From: Burkholderiaceae bacterium
Lineage (GTDB): Bacteria > Pseudomonadota > Gammaproteobacteria > Burkholderiales > Burkholderiaceae_C
DNA: 51,549 nucleotides
Direction: 5' to 3'
Assembly: GCA_036568605.1 (NCBI GenBank)
Contig: DATCSE010000038.1
Location: 1-51,549 of the forward strand
Below are positions 49,331 to 51,549 of the stretch, in pieces. Under the pieces are notes generated by a model. The model made no database searches. It was not told where the DNA came from and saw only the letters and a list, made by a program, of their open reading frames with translations. Made by a program: the position numbers and the translations under genes. Each line of letters opens with the position of its first letter. Positions within the stretch are counted from its first letter, which is position 1.

Positions 49331-50719
49331 ATGCAGCCATTTGCGGACTTCCACCCCGCCGACGACGGCGGCGCCATCTACCAGCAGCTGGCCGACGAGA
49401 TCCAGCGTCGCGTCGCGTCGGGCGAGCTGAAGGCCGGCGACCGCCTGCCGCCGCAGCGCGAGTTCGCGCGCATGCTGGGCGTGAACCTCACGACCGTGAC
49501 GCGCGCCTTCGCCGCGCTGCAGCGACGCGGCGTGGTGGCCAGCCGCCCCGGCCGCGGCTCGGTGGTCAAGGGCAGCACCAAGGAGCTCGCCTTCGCTTCG
49601 GCGCCCGAGCGCGACGCGAGCCTGATCGACCTGAGCGTCAACCGCCCCGCCACGACCGAGTACCTCGAGGCGCTCGCGCGCCTCATGGCGCGTCTGCCGA
49701 AAGACCCGCGCTACGCGGAGCTGCAGGACTTCCATGCGCCCGAAGGCCCGGCCTGGGCCCGCGAGGCAGTGGCGCGCTGGCTCGCGCCGGTACTGGGCGT
49801 CGAGGACGCCCAGCGCGTCGTCGTGACGCACGGCGCGCAGAGCGCGCTCGGCTGCGTGCTGGGCGCCATCGCGCGCGCGGGCGACGTGGTGCTGGCCGAC
49901 GCCATCACCTACCAGGGCATCGCCGCGTTGTGCCGCACGCTGGACATCGACCTGCGTCCGGTCGACATGGACGACGAAGGACTGAACCCCGGGGCGCTCG
50001 AGGCCGCGTGTCTCGAGCACGAGCCGCGCGCGCTCTTCGTCGTGCCTTGCCTGCACAACCCGACCGCCATCACCTTGTCCGCGGCGCGGCGCTCGCGCAT
50101 CGCCGAGATCGCGACGCGGCACGACCTGCTGGTCGTCGAGGACGACGTCTACCGGCCGCTGGTGGCCGATGCGCCGCCCGCGTTCGCGCGCCTCGTGCCC
50201 GAGCGCACGGTGTACGTCACCAGCCTGTCGAAGACCGTCGCGCCGGGCCTGCGCTTCGGCGCCGCGATCGCGCCGCCCGCGCTGGTCGCCGACATCGCGG
50301 CGATGCAGCGCGTGGCCTGCTGGAGCATCGGCCCGTTGAACGCGCTCGTCGCCACCCGGCTGATCGAGGACGGCACGCTGGACCGCATCATCGAGGCGCA
50401 GACCGCCGAGCTGCGCATGCGCCAGGCGCTGCTGCGCGAGGTGCTCGCCGGCTTCGAGGTGCACACCGGCGATGCATCCACGCATGCGTGGCTGAAGCTG
50501 CCCTCGCCGTGGCGCGCAAACGCCTTCGTGACCGTGGCGCGCCAGCGCGGCGTGGCCGTGCTGGCGGCCGACGCCTTCGCGATCGGCCAGCATGCGGTGC
50601 CGCACGCGGTGCGCATCAACGTGGCCGCGGCGCGCTCGCGCGACGATTTGAAGCGCGGGCTCGAGCTGCTGGTCAGCGTGATGCGCAGTGCCGAGCGCCA
50701 CGTCTCCAGCCTGGTCTGA
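49331..50719 (+). CDS. MocR-type regulator (GntR wHTH + PLP-dependent aminotransferase-fold domain)
   Basis: N-terminus IYQQLADEIQRRVASGELKAGDRLPPQREFARMLGVNLTTVTRAFAALQRRGVV is a GntR HTH. It is followed by an aminotransferase class I/II-like domain (...VYVTSLSKTVAPGLRFG..., putative PLP Lys in SLSK). Confidence 0.88.
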   Translation: MQPFADFHPADDGGAIYQQLADEIQRRVASGELKAGDRLPPQREFARMLGVNLTTVTRAFAALQRRGVVASRPGRGSVVKGSTKELAFASAPERDASLIDLSVNRPATTEYLEALARLMARLPKDPRYAELQDFHAPEGPAWAREAVARWLAPVLGVEDAQRVVVTHGAQSALGCVLGAIARAGDVVLADAITYQGIAALCRTLDIDLRPVDMDDEGLNPGALEAACLEHEPRALFVVPCLHNPTAITLSAARRSRIAEIATRHDLLVVEDDVYRPLVADAPPAFARLVPERTVYVTSLSKTVAPGLRFGAAIAPPALVADIAAMQRVACWSIGPLNALVATRLIEDGTLDRIIEAQTAELRMRQALLREVLAGFEVHTGDASTHAWLKLPSPWRANAFVTVARQRGVAVLAADAFAIGQHAVPHAVRINVAAARSRDDLKRGLELLVSVMRSAERHVSSLV

Positions 50720-50728
50720 GGATGGCCC

Positions 50729-51549
50729 ATGCGTACCGATCATGGCCCGGTCGTGATCATCGGCGCGGGCGTGATCGGCCTGGCGACGGCGCAGCGCCTG
50801 CTCGACGATGGCCGCGAGGTCGTGCTGATCGATCCGGGCGAGCCGGGCGCCGGCGCGTCGTTCGGCAACGCCGGCACGATCGCCGGCTACGGCTGCGTGC
50901 CGGTGGGCACGCCCGCGGTGCTGCGCGCCATCCCGCGCCTGCTGCTCGCGCGCGACAGCCCGTTCGCGATGCCGCCGGCGGCGCTGCCCGCGATGCTGCC
51001 GTGGCTGTGGCGCTTCGTGCGCGCCTCGACGCCGGCCGCGGCGCGTGAGAACGCCGCGGCGCTGGCCGCACTGCTCGCGCAAGCGGGGCCGGCGTGGGAG
51101 CGACGCTGGGCCGCGCTCGGCTGCGAGGACCTGGTCCGCCGCGCGGGCTGCCTGTACGTCTCGCGCGAGGCGCCGGATCGGCAGGCCTTCGACTTCCAGC
51201 TGCGATCGCAGCACGGCGTTCGGCAGGAGGTGCTTTTGCCGGCCGACGTCGCGGCACTCGAACCGGCGCTCGCGGACAGCCGCCGCCACGGCGTTTTCTT
51301 TCCCGATGCGGTGCACCTGTCGTGCCCCGCGACGCTGATGAAGCGCATGGCCGACGATGCGCTGCGCCGCGGCGCGCGGCTGATGCGGGCAAGCGCGACC
51401 GGCCTGCGCCGCGACGGCAGCGCGGCCGTGATCGAGCTCGACGACGCTGGGCGCCGCGACTCGCTGCGCGCCGCGGGCGTGGTGCTCGCCGCCGGCGCTC
51501 ACTCGCGCGCGCTCGCGCGGCAGGCGGGCGAGCGCGTGCCGCTGGACAC
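50729..51549 (+). CDS. FAD-dependent oxidoreductase (DadA / D-amino-acid dehydrogenase-like), 3' end cut by window edge
   Basis: Not in the ORF track because no stop is reached. Frame 2 is open from ATG 50729 to the window end. MRTDHGPVVIIGAGVIGLATAQRLLDDGREVVLID is a classic GxGxxG FAD fold. Confidence 0.8.
   Translation, partial: MRTDHGPVVIIGAGVIGLATAQRLLDDGREVVLIDPGEPGAGASFGNAGTIAGYGCVPVGTPAVLRAIPRLLLARDSPFAMPPAALPAMLPWLWRFVRASTPAAARENAAALAALLAQAGPAWERRWAALGCEDLVRRAGCLYVSREAPDRQAFDFQLRSQHGVRQEVLLPADVAALEPALADSRRHGVFFPDAVHLSCPATLMKRMADDALRRGARLMRASATGLRRDGSAAVIELDDAGRRDSLRAAGVVLAAGAHSRALARQAGERVPLD

Noticed and set aside
1-51549. A search for CRISPR arrays, IS elements or transposases, integrases, phage genes and recognisable defence systems (RM, Abi, CBASS and similar).
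   Set aside because: No regularly spaced direct repeats and no transposase, integrase or phage-like ORFs were seen on either strand. The only toxin-antitoxin-type or defence-like module is vapBC, which is reported above.

Overview
Very GC-rich bacterial chromosome segment. Gene content and protein signatures suggest a betaproteobacterium of the Burkholderiales, but that is inference only, since no database search was possible. The window has five parts. (1) nt 1-3618 is a putative flagellin-glycosylation module: a TagD-like cytidylyltransferase, a hexapeptide acetyltransferase and a TPR/GT41 O-GlcNAc-transferase-like enzyme. It is transcribed divergently from (2). (2) nt 3850-21830 is a flagellar region: two tandem short flagellins, fliD-fliS-fliT-ycgR, an unannotated 96-aa ORF, fliE, and fliFGHIJK / fliLMNOPQR. 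Four FliA (sigma-28)-type promoters here share an unusual CTCAAG -35 box. (3) nt 21955-27269 holds housekeeping genes: a membrane protein, a Moco oxidoreductase with an FNR-like reductase, an orphan family-5 SBP, a di-heme cytochrome c4 and a MoxR ATPase. (4) nt 27270-32324 is a roughly 5-kb accessory block that separates the MoxR ATPase from its expected VWA partner. It contains vapBC translationally coupled to a GNAT, a membrane-protein / phasin-like / GGDEF operon, and a divergent Wzy_C-like membrane protein. The VWA gene, tamA, tamB and tRNA-Arg(CCT) follow it. (5) nt 39906-51549 starts with a tRNA-adjacent islet of small detoxification-type genes (ArsR, SRPBCC, GFA, DHFR-like, GNAT, NmrA-like), which includes a 5'-truncated cupin next to an EEP-family gene. 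It ends with a PotABCD-like ABC transporter, a divergent MocR regulator and a partial DadA-like oxidoreductase. The most unusual sequence-level signals are two families of structured GC-rich intergenic elements. These sit exactly in intercistronic gaps (fliH|fliI, fliQ|fliR, fliL|fliM, SBP|permease) and end in the Shine-Dalgarno sequence of the downstream gene. One family shows compensatory base changes between its two copies. No CRISPR array, transposase, integrase or prophage genes were seen.
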